A stretch of 57,757 nucleotides of DNA from Nemertoderma westbladi. Taxonomy: Eukaryota > Animalia > Xenacoelomorpha. The first letter of the stretch is position 1, and each line of letters starts with the position of its first letter. The stretch lies in contig JAUCBJ010000894.1 of assembly GCA_032718475.1 (NCBI GenBank), forward strand, positions 1 to 57,757. The letters are read 5' to 3'. The position numbers and the translations under genes were made by a program. Below, piece after piece: positions 12,659 through 25,284 of the stretch. The notes under the pieces are model-generated. The model did no database searches, was not told the DNA's origin, and was given only the letters and a program-made list of their open reading frames with translations.

Positions 12659-14482
12659 ACACCAGTATTGAAGAAAGCTCGACTCAATCCTGAAATCTTT
12701 AAAAATTTCAGACAGATATCGAATCTGAGATATATTGCGAAACTTACAGAAAAGGTGGTAGCTGACCAACTAATTAGTCATCTCAATCTGAATAACTTAC
12801 ACGAACCATTGCAAAGTGCCTATCGTAAATACCATGGAACAGAAACAGCGATGTTAGCAGTAACTGACAGTATCTTACGTGACATTGATGATGGATCCAC
12901 AGTCTTAATGATTATGTTTGATCTGAGTGCCGCCTTTGACACGGTGGAGCATTCAAAAATCTTAGATATCCTACGGTCGGATTTAAAGATCGATGGTCTG
13001 GCACTTGATTGGTTCCGATCTTACTTGGGGGATAGGAAACAACAGGTCCGCATAGGCGATGTTTATTCAGATATGAAAAAACTTAAGTTTGGATTACCAC
13101 AGGGATCTGTATTGGGGCCGGTATTATTCAGTATCTACACGCGATCGTTGTCCTCCGTGATAATTAAACATGGCCTTAAATACCATCTATATGTGGACGA
13201 CACCCAAATATATATCGCCTTTAAGCCTGCAGATATAAATCATGCGGTAACTGTAACAGAAAAATGTCCTGAAACTTGTTTCCTGAAACTACAGATAAAA
13301 CTGAAATATTGGTCTTGCAGTCCCGCTTCAACCCGGACTTAAAGAGTTGGTGTTGATACCGTTGAATGCAAATCTGGTGCACGTAGTCTGGGGTATCAAA
13401 TGGATTGTTATATGATGAATTCCAAACAGATCGCTATCACTGTCAGAGACGCGTTCTACCATTTGCGTAGTCTGTCAAAAGTAAAGCGTTATTTTGGAAA
13501 TAAAGAGCTCGAAATTCTTATTCATGCGCTTATATCCAGTAAACTAGACGCGTTTAATTCACTATATTATGGGTTGCCTGCGAAATACACCTGTACGCCG
13601 CCGAATAAATTATAAAATAGCCTCACTAACGTTTAAGTGTTTACACGGGCTGGCTCCGCAATACTTATGCAATCTACTTGTCCCATACATTCCAATCCGT
13701 GCATTGAGATCAGGCTACTACTAGGATCGGCATGCTGCATTGCAGCTGCATTTTTAAGAATGCTGTGCCGGCTTGTCAACAAAATTGCACCGCCACAACT
13801 CCCTATCACCCATGACATTTGCTAGATCATCCGCATCTTTAAGGCCAGTGTCCTTTAAGATGCGTCTCAAGAAAGTCATGGGCTGTCCACCATGCTTATT
13901 CACTCCATGAGGCTGCCAAAGTACAAGATTATGCACTGGCTGGTCCTCACGGCGAAAGCAATGTCCTGCAAAGCGGAGGCGATTTTGTTCTAGAGTCAAG
14001 CTTGGGGGAACCAATGAGACACCTCCAATGTTATATAGTGTCTGGTTGGAGATGTGTGCATTGTACTTGACACAATGAACAGGGTGTGGATGTGGGTGTG
14101 TTGAGATCAGGCAGTGCTGGGCTACTTACTGTACCCCGGTACAGGATGGAGCACTATGGTAAACGTTCCTTTTCGGTTGCTGCACCAACTATCTGGAATT
14201 CGCTTCCACTATATGTGCGGAATGCCACGACGGTCGAAACGTTTAACTCTCGTCTAAAAACCCACCTGTTTCGATTGGAGTATTCTACAGACTAATCTGT
14301 ATTTTAATTTTTTATTTCACTGTTCCACAATTAAGTTTATTCAAAACTTATTTTTACTGTACTAACTATATATATATTTTTAAGATACTATAATTGGTTT
14401 TTATCATTGCGCCCTGAACAACTTGTACTAACTGATAGGGCGCGTTATAAATAAAATATTATTATTATTATTATTATTATTA
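12659..14482 (+). mobile_element. 5'-truncated L2-clade LINE with (ATT)n tail
   Basis: LKKARLNP...NFRQISNL, DLSAAFDTV, GLPQGSVLGP, YVDDTQIY, then LAPQYL...LRSG...FSVAAPTIWNSLP...LKTHLF. 3' hairpin gcgccct...agggcgc and attattatt tail. Confidence 0.9.
13716..14100 (-). mobile_element. RTE 3' fragment inserted in the L2 element, 12-bp TSD
   Basis: Same family as 1875-3007, with (CTA)n tail at 13715. Direct repeats ttgagatcaggc at 13704-13715 and 14101-14112. Confidence 0.92.
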
Positions 14483-14760
14483 TCTACTGCTAGACCTCTC
14501 GTGTCTACTCGAGAACGATTCATCCATATTCGTTGGGTGAAGTGATCCAAGATATTCTTATCAGTTGCTGGTAGTGGAAGCCCCAATAACTTGCATGAAT
14601 TTGTAGGTGTAATTAGTCCTCCAGACTCGGTGATGATGAATCTATCCGAGGTTTGTTTCAGAATAACTTTACTACAGACAACAAATATTAATTTTGTAAT
14701 GTTGAGGGATAAATTGTGTCTACTGAAGTAATAATCCTCGCAAATTTGAAAGATACTGTT

Positions 14761-17352
14761 AATGTCATTAAAGAGGTTGGCCTTTAGTGTAATGCCATCT
14801 GCAAATCCAAGTGAAGGGTAATGTCATTAAAGAGGTTGGCCTTTAGTATAATGTCATCTGCGAATCCAATTGAAGGGTAATGTCGTTAAAGAGGTTGGCC
14901 TTTAGTATAATGTCATCTGCAAATCCAAGTGAAGGGTAATGTCATTAAAGAGGTTGGCCTTTAGTGTAATGTCATCTGCGAAACCAATTGAAGGGTAATG
15001 TCGTTAAAGAGGTTGGCCTTTAGTATAATGTCATCTGCGAATCCAATTGAAGGGTAATGTCGTTAAAGAGGTTGGCCTTTAGTGTAATGTCATCTGCAAA
15101 TCCAAGTGAAGGGTAATGTCATTAAAGAGGTTGGCCTTTGGCATAATGTCATCTGTGAATCCAATTGAAGGATAATGTCGTTAAAGAGGTTGGCCTTTAG
15201 TGTAATGTCATCTGCAAATCCAAGTGAAGGGTAATGTCATTAAAGAGGTTGGCCTTTAGTATAATGTCATCTGCAAATCCAAGTGAAGGGTAATGTCATT
15301 AAAGAGGTTGGCCTTTGGCATAATGTCATCTGTGAATCCAATTGAAGGATAATGTCGTTAAAGAGGTTGGCCTTTAGTGTAATGTCATCTGCAAATCCAA
15401 GTGAAGGGTAATGTCATTAAAGAGGTTGGCCTTTGGTATAATGTCATCTGTGAATCCAATTGAAGGGTGATGTCGTTAAAGAGGTTGGCCTTTAGTGTAA
15501 TGTCATCTGTGAATCCAATTGAAGGGTAATGTCGTTAAAGAGGTTGGCCTTTAGTGTAATGTCATCTGTGAATCCAATTGAAGGATAATGTCGTTAAAGA
15601 GGTTGGCCTTTAGTGTAATGTCATCTGCGAATCCAAGTGAAGGGTAATGTCATTAAAGAGGTTGGCCTTTAGTATAATGTCATCTGCGAATCCAATTGAA
15701 GGGTAATGTCGTTAAAGAGGTTGGCCTTTAGTGTAATGTCATCTGCGAATCCAAGTGAAGGGTAATGTCGTTAAAGAGGTTGGCCTTTAGTATAATGTCA
15801 TCTGCGAATCCAAGTGAAGGGTAATGTCGTTAAAGAGGTTGGCCTTTAGTGTAATGTCATCTGCGAATCCAAGTGAAGGGTAATGTCGTTAAAGAGGTTG
15901 GCCTTTAGTGTAATGTCATCTGCGAATCCAAGTGAAGGGTAATGTCATTAAAGAGGTTGGCCTTTAGTATAATGTCATCTGCGAATCCAATTGAAGGGTA
16001 ATGTCGTTAAAGAGGTTGGCCTTTAGTATAATGTCATCTGTGAATCCAATTGAAGGGTAATGTCGTTAAAGAGGTTGGCCTTTAGTATAATGTCATCTGT
16101 GAATCCAATTGAAGGGTAATGTCGTTAAAGAGGTTGGCCTTTAGTATAATGTCATCTGCGAATCCAATTGAAGGGTAATGTCGTTAAAGAGGTTGGCCTT
16201 TAGTGTAATGTCATCTGCGAATCCAATTGAAGGGTAATGTCGTTAAAGAGGTTGGCCTTTAGTATAATGTCATCTGCGAATCCAAGTGAAGGGTAATGTC
16301 GTTAAAGAGGTTGGCCTTTAGTGTAATGTCATCTGCGAATCCAAGTGAAGGGTAATGTCATTAAAGAGGTTGGCCTTTAGTATAATCATCTGCGAATCCA
16401 AGTGAAGGGTAATGTCGTTAAAGAGGTTGGCCTTTAGTGTAATGTCATCTGCGAATCCAAGTGAAGGGTAATGTCGTTAAAGAGGTTGGCCTTTAGTGTA
16501 ATGTCATCTGCGAATCCAATTGAAGGGTAATGTCGTTAAAGAGGTTGGCCTTTAGTATAATGTCATCTGCGAATCCAATTGAAGGGTGATGTCGTTAAAG
16601 AGGTTGGCCTTTAGTGTAATGTCATCTGCGAATCCAAGTGAAGGGTAATGTCGTTAAAGAGGTTGGCCTTTAGTGTAATGTCATCTGCGAATCCAATTGA
16701 AGGGTAATGTCGTTAAAGAGGTTGGCCTTTAGTGTAATGTCATCTGCGAATCCAAGTGAAGGGTAATGTCGTTAAAGAGGTTGGCCTTTAGTGTAATGTC
16801 ATCTGCGAATCCAAGTGAAGGGTAATGTCGTTAAAGAGGTTGGGTTTAGTATAATGTCATCTGTGAATCCAATTGAAGGGTAATGTCGTTAAAGAGGTTG
16901 GCCTTTAGTGTAATGTCATCTGCGAATCCAATTGAAGGGTAATGTCGTTAAAGAGGTTGGCCTTTAGTGTAATGTCATCTGCGAATCCAAGTGAAGGGTA
17001 ATGTCGTTAAAGAGGTTGGGTTTAGTATAATGTCATCTGTGAATCCAATTGAAGGGTAATGTCGTTAAAGAGGTTGGCCTTTAGTGTAATGTCATCTGCG
17101 AATCCAATTGAAGGGTGATGTCGTTAAAGAGGTTGGCCTTTAGTATAATGTCATCTGCGAATCCAATTGAAGGGTGATGTCGTTAAAGAGGTTGGCCTTT
17201 AGTGTAATGTCATCTGCGAATCCAAGTGAAGGGTAATGTCGTTAAAGAGGTTGGCCTTTAGTGTAATGTCATCTGCGAATCCAAGTGAAGGGTAATGTCG
17301 TTAAAGAGGTTGGCCTTTAGTGTAATGTTATCTGCGAATCAAACTGAAGGGT
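14761..17352. repeat. Minisatellite, 59-bp unit, about 44 copies, derived from LINE RT coding sequence
   Basis: Unit aatgtcgttaaagaggttggcctttagtgtaatgtcatctgcgaatccaattgaagggt. The minus strand reads YPSIGFADDITLKANLFNDI. Confidence 0.95.
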
Positions 17353-17754
17353 ATGACTTTTTACCAATATGTAGTCCTAAACCTGAAGAAGCCAATTCCT
17401 CAAAGAGGTCGGCGAGATAAATGTTGCAAGGATGTCACCCTGTCTTATGCCGCACGACAAGGACATCTTTGATATTGAGATTCGCCCATTTATCACTATA
17501 GAAGCTTTTGATTGGATGTAGTTACATAGTTGTCATAGTTGGACAGAGATATTTAAGTTTGGTTTTGCCAATTTGCCAAAGAGCTGTGTATAAGATCGAA
17601 GGTATCGAAGGCGCTTGTGAGATCCATTGAAATTATGTGAACATTAGAACCTGAATTATTAAAAAGTTGAATCAATTTGGCCGCTGCAATATATGGTGTT
17701 TCGGTGCTCATTTTCGTTTTGTACCACATTTGCAGATCATTCGTCTTATATAAT

Positions 17755-17855
17755 CCATATATATGACATTTCCAAGATAATGAGTTGTGTAATATTATTC
17801 CCAAGAATTTAATTTTATCAGTCTCTTCAATTACCGAATTACCTATAGAGATGGA
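17755..17855 (-). mobile_element. Small L2/CR1-type LINE fragment
   Basis: IGNSVIEETDKIKFLGIILHNSLSWKCHI, a post-RT motif. Confidence 0.55.
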
Positions 17856-18225
17856 GAGATTTTCTTTTTTCTAACTCTTCTAACTTCTAACTTTTCTAAC
17901 TCGGCACAGTTTGTTCGACCTAGCTTATGTTGATGTACGCTGTAGCGGAAGTCTGGCAATTCCGCAGTCTGTTATGCTAAGATCAGAGTACAGCAGTATC
18001 TCCCAGGTCAGAGCATTACCCTAATATGAACCATGTATCTCTCATACTCGTCCGTTAAGTTTTGCTATATCGTAGGGATTTTTTTGTTCGACTGGAATAC
18101 AGTCTGACAGTAGTAGCGTAGTACTCAATGCCGGTCAGACGGTACAGTAGTCAAATATGGAAAGAAGTCTTAACTATGATTTATCAATTTTAAAGCAAAA
18201 AAAAAATGAAAAATCGATAACAATA

Positions 18226-18913
18226 CTACTACTACTACTAGGTCGAGCGAACTCGGACAGTGGAAATGAGATCCTTCCAGGCTTCCCGATTCTACATAGT
18301 TGTCGCAATTTCGTTTCTCCCAAATTCAGTATCCCTTTCAAGTTGATCTATATATGTTATGGCAGGTCGTCCACGACTACGCTTTCCATGAGTTGGTTGC
18401 CAGAGAAGTAGATCTGGTATGACCTCGTCTTTACTTCGCCAGCAGTGCCCACTGAATCTTAATCTGCGTTCACGGAGGGTGGTTGATACAGGCGGTATTG
18501 TACCATAAAGCTCGGCGTTTGTCATGTGTTGTCTCCAGCTGATGTTTAGGGCTGCCCTTAGTAGTCTTGTGTAGCAACCATCAATTCGTTGTTCAAGTGA
18601 TTTAGTCAGTGTCCAGGTCTCACCCCCGTATAAAAATACACTTTCCACGGTGGCTCGAAAGAACTTGGTCTTCAGGTGCCTGGAGAGATCTGATTTCCAG
18701 ATGGTATCCATTTTTGATAGAGCTACCCAAGCCTTTGCTTTCCTAACTTCTATGTCCTTTTTTCTACTCTCTATCCATGATCCAAGGTACTGGAAGTCAT
18801 CGACCTTCCTTAGTTGATTATTATCAATGGTTGTCAAGTTTCCATCAACATTAAAGGTCATGAATTCGGTCTTGGTAGTATTTATATGCAATCCAACCTC
18901 CTTAGCAGCCACA
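18226..18913 (-). mobile_element. 5'-truncated RTE LINE (second family), 11-bp TSD
   Basis: GLHINTTKTEFM...DFQYLGSWI...LYGGETWTL...RLRFSGHCWR. (TAG)n tail. Direct repeats cgataacaata at 18215-18225 and 18914-18924. Confidence 0.92.
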
Positions 18914-19018
18914 CGATAACAATATCAACTTAGGTACAAGTAAAATAACTATAAAAATTTAACTATACGTCAAGGGGGCGTAAAGGAATATGATAGCTGC
19001 AGCAGATAACTGCCATAC

Positions 19019-20019
19019 CTTATTGTCTGTCCCAGCACCATCACTTCCTCTCCGATCTTCCTCAATATCCCCGGAAATATTCCGCTCTGAACCGAAATCA
19101 TGGAAACTCCGAGACTGATGTATTGCGTTCCGAATCTCAGAATCTTCCGGTTCGAGCCGCAGGGACGAATGCTGAAGGCCAGTCACACAACTGAGATCGT
19201 AGTCCGACCGCTGGGTGTTGTTACTCGGTTCCTTCCCGCGCCGCTGTGTGGCGCTATTAATTGGATCCCCGGCGTCCCGCTGGGCGGCGCTATTAATTGG
19301 TTCCCCGGCGACCCGCTGGGCTTCACTATTAATTGGATCCCCCGAGGTCCGCTGGGCGGCGCTATTAATTGGTTGCCTCGAAACCCGCTGGGCGGCGCTA
19401 TTAATTGGTTCCCCGGCGACCCGCTGGGCTGCGCTATTAATTGGTTCCCCCGAAGTCCGCTGGGCGGCGATATTAATTGGTTCCCTGGTGACCCATTGGG
19501 TGGCACTATTAATTGGTTCCCCGGCGACCCGCTGGGTGGCGCTATTAATTGGTTCCCCCGAGACCCGCTGGGCGGCACTATTAATTGGTTCCCCCGAGAC
19601 CCGCTGGGTGGCGCCATCAACCGCCGTACTGCCCAGCACATCTATCGAATAGATGGTTGTAGACAGTTTCCGGGGCGGCTGAGACTTCAGATGCGACGCC
19701 CCCCAACGGCGCTCTGGGGAACTCCGTAAGTCGGCAGTCGGACGCCGACATCCGGACAAATCGGGGTGTGAGAACTTCCGGGTCATCTCGTCTGGAATGT
19801 CGCAAGGTTCTCGGGGCGGCTCGCAGCTGGACGCGGTGCGACGTGGCAGTGTCCCTTGGTCACCATAGTAACCGCTACCACGGTAACCAACATCGTCCGC
19901 ACTACCCACGCTGGACCGCGATACCAGCCGTTTATTACGCAGCATCGAGAGTTCATCCTCAACCGATAAAGGTGATTCAACTTCCGCTTCCGGCAGGTTC
20001 AGTTGGATGACGTCATTAT
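19019..20019 (-). CDS. Large exon of PDZD2/pro-IL-16-like gene (low-complexity linker with 13-aa repeats)
   Basis: Acceptor ttttag and donor gtatgg. Open frame (D)NDVIQLNLPEAEVES...MLRNKR...GAGTDNK. Phase 1 in and phase 0 out match the neighbours. Confidence 0.8.
19245..19620 (-). repeat. Coding 39-bp tandem repeat, about 9-10 copies (AAQRVSGEPINS-type)
   Basis: Unit ccgctgggcggcgctattaattggttccccggcgacc..., in frame within the exon. Confidence 0.9.
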
Positions 20020-20090
20020 CTAAAACCGAATAAAGAATATATTTCGCTACAGTATTAAAGCTCGTTCGCGTATTATTGCAGTAAAGTGGT

Positions 20091-20846
20091 TGAGTGCGTT
20101 ACATTGAGTGCGTTACATTGAGTGCGTTACATTGAGTGCGTTACATTGAGTGCGTTACATTGAGTGGGTTACATTGAGTGGGTTACATTGAGTGGGTTAC
20201 ATTGAGTGGGTTACATTGAGTGCGTTACATTGAGTGCGTTACATTGAGTGAGTTACATTGAGTGAGTTACATTGAGTGCGTTACATTGAGTGCGTTACAT
20301 TGAGTGCGTTACATTGAGTGCGTTACATTGAGTGCGTTACATTGAGTGCGTTACTTTGAGTGCGTTACATTGAGTGCGTTACATTGAGTGCGTTACATTG
20401 AGTGCGTTACATTGAGTGCGTTACATTGAGTGCGTTACATTGAGTGCGTTACATTGAGTGCGTTACATTGAGTGCGTTACATTGAGTGCGTTACATTGAG
20501 TGCGTTACATTGAGTGCGTTACATTGAGTGCGTTACATTGAGTGGGTTACATTGAGTGCGTTACATTGAGTGCGTTACATTGAGTGCGTTACATTGAGTG
20601 CGTTACATTGAGTGCGTTACATTGAGTGCGTTACATTGAGTGCGTTACATTGAGTGCGTTACATTGAGTGCGTTACATTGAGTGCGTTACATTGAGTGCG
20701 TTACATTGAGTGCGTTACATTGAGTGCGTTACATTGAGTGCGTTACATTGAGTGCGTTACATTGAGTGCGTTACATTGAGTGCGTTACATTGAGTGCGTT
20801 ACATTGAGTGCGTTACATTGAGTGCGTTACATTGAGTGCGTTACAT
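20091..20846. repeat. Minisatellite, 14-bp unit ttgagtgcgttaca, about 54 copies
   Basis: Directly visible array starting about 70 bp from the acceptor at 20020. Confidence 0.97.
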
Positions 20847-21249
20847 ATGTTACGTTTCACGTTTCGCTTTTTATTTTAACTAATGGTGTTAACAAATAAG
20901 CCAACGTGTTTTATATAAAATAGTATAATAATGTCTCTGAGTCTGTAGTTGGTTTCTAAAACTCATTTATTCTTTCAATTAAAGTAATCTAATATATTTC
21001 TGCCTCTAGGGCCATTATCAGAGTAGGGACCGGTAAGGCAAGGCCTCGCCGAACTGAACTAAGAAAATCGGTCCATCAACATCTTCATGCTGTATTGATG
21101 TCAAGACAGCATGAGGCTGTCTTAACCCAATCAACTTAAACCTTCTCCGGGAAAAATACACAAATTACAGCTGTTTACAGGCAAAATGCAACTATAACGC
21201 CAGCAATTGGTTATCGTTTATTGTTTTGGTTATAATAACATACCAATAT

Positions 21250-22177
21250 AACTTTCTCGCCCTCCCGTTATCAAGTAATAAATATAGTATAGGGTCCGAA
21301 ACTCTAAAAAATTTTTATTTAGAAAAGTTACAAAATTCAGAAAAGTTATTTTTAAAACCCGTTTCTGAGGATTTCGTTTTTAAAAATCTACTTAGCCTAT
21401 CAGCCTCAAAAAGTACCGGTCTAGATCTAATACCTGCCCGTTTTCTTAAGGATGGTGCTGAAGTACTTAAAGTGCCTATTACTTTTATTATTAATTACTC
21501 TATCGTAGATAATGTAGTACCAGACGAACTGAAATTAGCTAAGGTTGTTCCTCTGTATAAAAAGAATAGTAAAGTAGAACCCTGTAATTACAGACCTGTT
21601 AGTATCTTAAGTATTGTATCTAAAATTCTAGAACGTTCTGTTTTTCTACAGCTGGAGGCACATCTTAGTAGGCTAAATCTGATCTATGAACTTCAGTCCG
21701 GTTTTCGTAAATCATATTCTACAGACACCTGCCTTATTAACTTAACTGATACGATTAGATGTAATAACGCAAAGGGTTTATATACTGGTATGGTAATGTT
21801 GGACCTACAAAAGGCTTTCGATACTGTAGATCACGAAATTCTGCTTGGTAAGTTAGGCCTGATGGGTGTAGGTTCTATAGACTGGTTCAAGTCCTACCTG
21901 TCAGACAGAGGTCAAACTGTAGTCATTAGCAAATCGCTGTCTACTGTACAAGAGATTACCTGTGGTGTACCGCAAGGTAGTATATTAGGTCCTCTGCTTT
22001 TTGTATGTTATGTAAATGATATGATAAGTAGTATAGATCCCGATTTTAAACTCATTTTATATGCCGACGACAGTGCTCTTATTTTCTCTCATAAAGATCC
22101 TATCCATATTTCCCAAAAGTTAAGTGCAGTTCTAGAATCCTGTAATGAGTGGTTGGTTGATAATAAGCTATCCATTC
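21250..22177 (+). mobile_element. CR1/L2-group (Crack-like) LINE, 5'-truncated, left part (RT domain)
   Basis: [46 protein letters not shown]. Interrupted at NKLSI|HYGKTE by the BEL element. Confidence 0.92.
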
Positions 22178-24312
22178 TGTTAAACAACCGCGACACCTAT
22201 ACTAACAGCAGAACTGTTGAACAGACAAATACCCGTATACCTCTCTGCCAACCTAATGAGCTCTCGCCTAACCAATAAGACACAAAGACTGCTCTACTGT
22301 TAAGTAAAGGGGATCAGGAGCGTGCTATTACTAAATTGTAAGGGTTGCTAAATACAAAACCGCTACTTACCGTTGGATGGCGCTAATCTGCCGTCCGCTA
22401 ATATATTTTACTAAATTTACACAGCTCCTGCAAAATCGCTTGTTCCTTTCTCTACCGATCGCTCGATAGAGAGCTAACTGTTCGAATCTATGAGCCACGC
22501 GGGAATAACCAAAACAATAAACCCGAGTCGGCTCCCTAAGCTTACTTAAGACGAGTGCGAGGGGCTTTGCACTCAGAGTATATTCTTACGCCTAATTTTA
22601 CTACTGTTGAAGTACGCTAATGCCTACGTCTTTTCTAATCGCGAATACGGAGGGTTCCCTAACGAAATGTGTGAATGCGAGAATATTTAAATAAATCAAA
22701 ATTGGTACAGTACAATGTCTTTCGTGGGTGATACCGCTCTGGGTCTAAACTTGCCTGCAGCTGGCTTTAGGCCAGCAATTCACTAGTGTCTTGCGTACTA
22801 ACTATTGCGATCTAGTTTATTGCCCGCTAATTCAAATAACCGCTCAGCGTGAATAGTTTACGGTACTCTAATTATTACCTTAGCTACTCTCCGCTATGCT
22901 GCGTACTAATTCTTAATTTTACTAATTAATTACAGTCACAAATATGTAACAGCCTAAAATACTGTATTACTTTGACCTAATCAGTAATTATTTACAGTAA
23001 ACTAAGAGATAGAAATCAATCAAAGGGAAAAGAGCGCCTATCTAAGCATTCGTAATCTTAGGCACACTTTAGTAACACATCAATCAGAGTCAGCAATCAC
23101 GGATCACAATAGCACGACTTGCAATTATACAATCTGCAATTATATAATTCGCAACTTACTTACGTACTTACCCACTTACTTACTGTAAGGTATGCAGGCC
23201 CCTCCCGGGTACATCTAGGCTTCCTAACTAACCCAATTCCTGCCCCCTAATACTAAATAGAGACAAAACCTTGGATCATCAGCCCCCTAATTACTGTACC
23301 GGCGAGCGGTCTCCAACCCACAGTCCAAATTGCCCGACCACAACGTTGACCCCCGACAGCGTTGCCCGCCTTTGAATCCTCCGCTCTCCCTTAGTCGCCC
23401 AACCCCCCGATGTGCCCACCGCCTACTGGCACCTTAGCCCTCCATTATGCTAATAGCTACCGTAGCGGCGCATGCAAATCACAAAGTCGGACAGTCTCAG
23501 AAATCCCTTAGGATTATTGCGCAGAAAGGAATCACATAGAACCATTAATCAAAAGGTAGAAATCATAGTTCAGTTGTAATTAGCAGTAATCGAAGGAATT
23601 AATTGAGAAACACAATCAAGAGTAATCGCACTAGCAAATCATTCCAAGAAATTAATCAAATTGCAGAAATACTCTAAAATCCGTCAAAAATGAATAGAGA
23701 CAGCTCAGCAAGTACAAAGGTGATAGCAGATCATGTGAGGGATAACAGTACACAGTAAGGCTCTACCGGCACACCGCCAATTTATAGGTGATCCGGGTGG
23801 GATGATGCAATAGGGTGACTCAATCGCTCTCCTATTGGCTCTCCAGTCCATGCTAGCATTAGACCAACCTGGAAGCAGTTAATCCAATAAGGAGGCCGGA
23901 TTGTAGCCCTATTGCTCAAATTATTACCATATATGGTAATGGTTCACGTCTCTGGCTACTGAATGGCCAGGACAGCGTCCCTATGCTAGCCCTATTGAAG
24001 CTAATATCAGCAAGCACGAAATCCAGGGTCCGACTAAACTTGCTACCCTGGGACTATCTACATATATCCTAATACAAAATTACGTAGGTAGGGCTACATA
24101 CTATACAAAATGGATGGATTCGAATATATGGGTGTTTCGAATTCCCTATCTAAATATCATTGCGTTATTATGCCTTATCTAAAATATTATGCTGCACAAC
24201 GGACTAATATTACGTACAGTATAACGGACTAATATTGCATACTGCATAACGGACTAATATTGCATACTGCATAATGACTAATAATGTGGATACAGCGCCA
24301 TATACCGTAACA
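22178..24312 (-). repeat. 3' LTR (2135 bp)
   Basis: Direct repeat of 36155-38290. Preceded on the minus strand by a short purine-rich run (tggagcgg), a possible PPT. Confidence 0.96.
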
Positions 24313-24464
24313 CCGCTCCAAGGGAAATCATACAATGTTTCCCTCCAATTGTAGAAGAGTATAAGGTGATGTATACAAACAAAATAAATTTCTTCCAACT
24401 AATCTAAATACTTGATACTATAAATCCTACTATTTACAAATATTGCTATAGATATTGCATAATG

Positions 24465-24615
24465 AATTACATACAAATTAAATTTACAAAATATTATCTC
24501 TCTCATTGTTTAACGATTATTACATACAAATTAAATTTACAAAATATTGTTTCTCGTTCATTCTTACTACATAATGATTACTACATACAAAATTAAATTT
24601 ACAAAATATTACTTC
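24465..24615. repeat. About 3 degenerate copies of a 53-60 bp AT-rich unit in the BEL 3' UTR
   Basis: tacatacaaattaaatttacaaaatatt recurs three times. Confidence 0.8.
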
Positions 24616-25284
24616 CTTCGATTTATTTACAAATTAACAATTTACTTATTGAAATGGAACATGGCTAGGACAATGTCCCCCATTTCCCATCTCAAATTAA
24701 CGATCAACATTAACAAGATAAACTAAATATAAACGTATTTGAGGCTAAATTTTTAACTAAATTGCATTAAAGGCCGATAATCAAACTAAATATAAAATAC
24801 GTAATAATTTCTTTCATTTTCGGACTTTACTTAATTTCTTATAAAAAACGCAAATCATCTTGGTTTGATGATTGCTCAGGTAAGTGAAAGGAGTAAGCCA
24901 AACCCGCGGGTTCGTCTCCCCAATCACTTCCTTTGCCTCTTTCAATAAACTTTAGAGCAAATAAAGTCATATACACAAAATCAAATATAGTTAAAGTATT
25001 TACTATTTCCAATCGGACTACAAAGTTAAAGTATTTACTTTCAATATTTTTGGCCTTCGAAAATAAAATTCTAAAACATGGATACGACTAGTGTATATGA
25101 GTCCAGTCGAATGTTTATCAAACCTACGATATACATCAGAGCGACGATGATGTATATGTCTAGAGTTTGTCGCTCCGTGATATTATAGTCTCATCGGCTA
25201 GCTCCTGGGTCTCTCGGGCTCGCTCCCTTCTCCAGATACACCAGTCTACCCCCTGTAGACTCTGTTGACGGCGTCCTTGAGGCG

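Larger units (their letters stand above)
12080..17700 (-). mobile_element. Old degenerate LINE (RTEX-like) interrupted by an L2 insertion and an internal satellite
   Basis: Minus-strand pieces in RT order: HIISMDLTSAFDT (about 17600), RQGDIL (about 17440), GLGLHIGKKSYPS..FADD (about 17350), NSIFQICED...NLSLNITK (about 14720), then ILYGS...LDIIHRRAV (12340-12650). Confidence 0.65.

Noticed and set aside
3684-20846. Tandem arrays as CRISPR arrays
   Set aside because: Units are head-to-tail with no unique spacers, there are no cas genes, and the context is eukaryotic.
23255-23295. Hammerhead ribozyme at minus-strand CTGATGA in the LTR
   Set aside because: No stem II followed by GAAA, so the catalytic core is incomplete.
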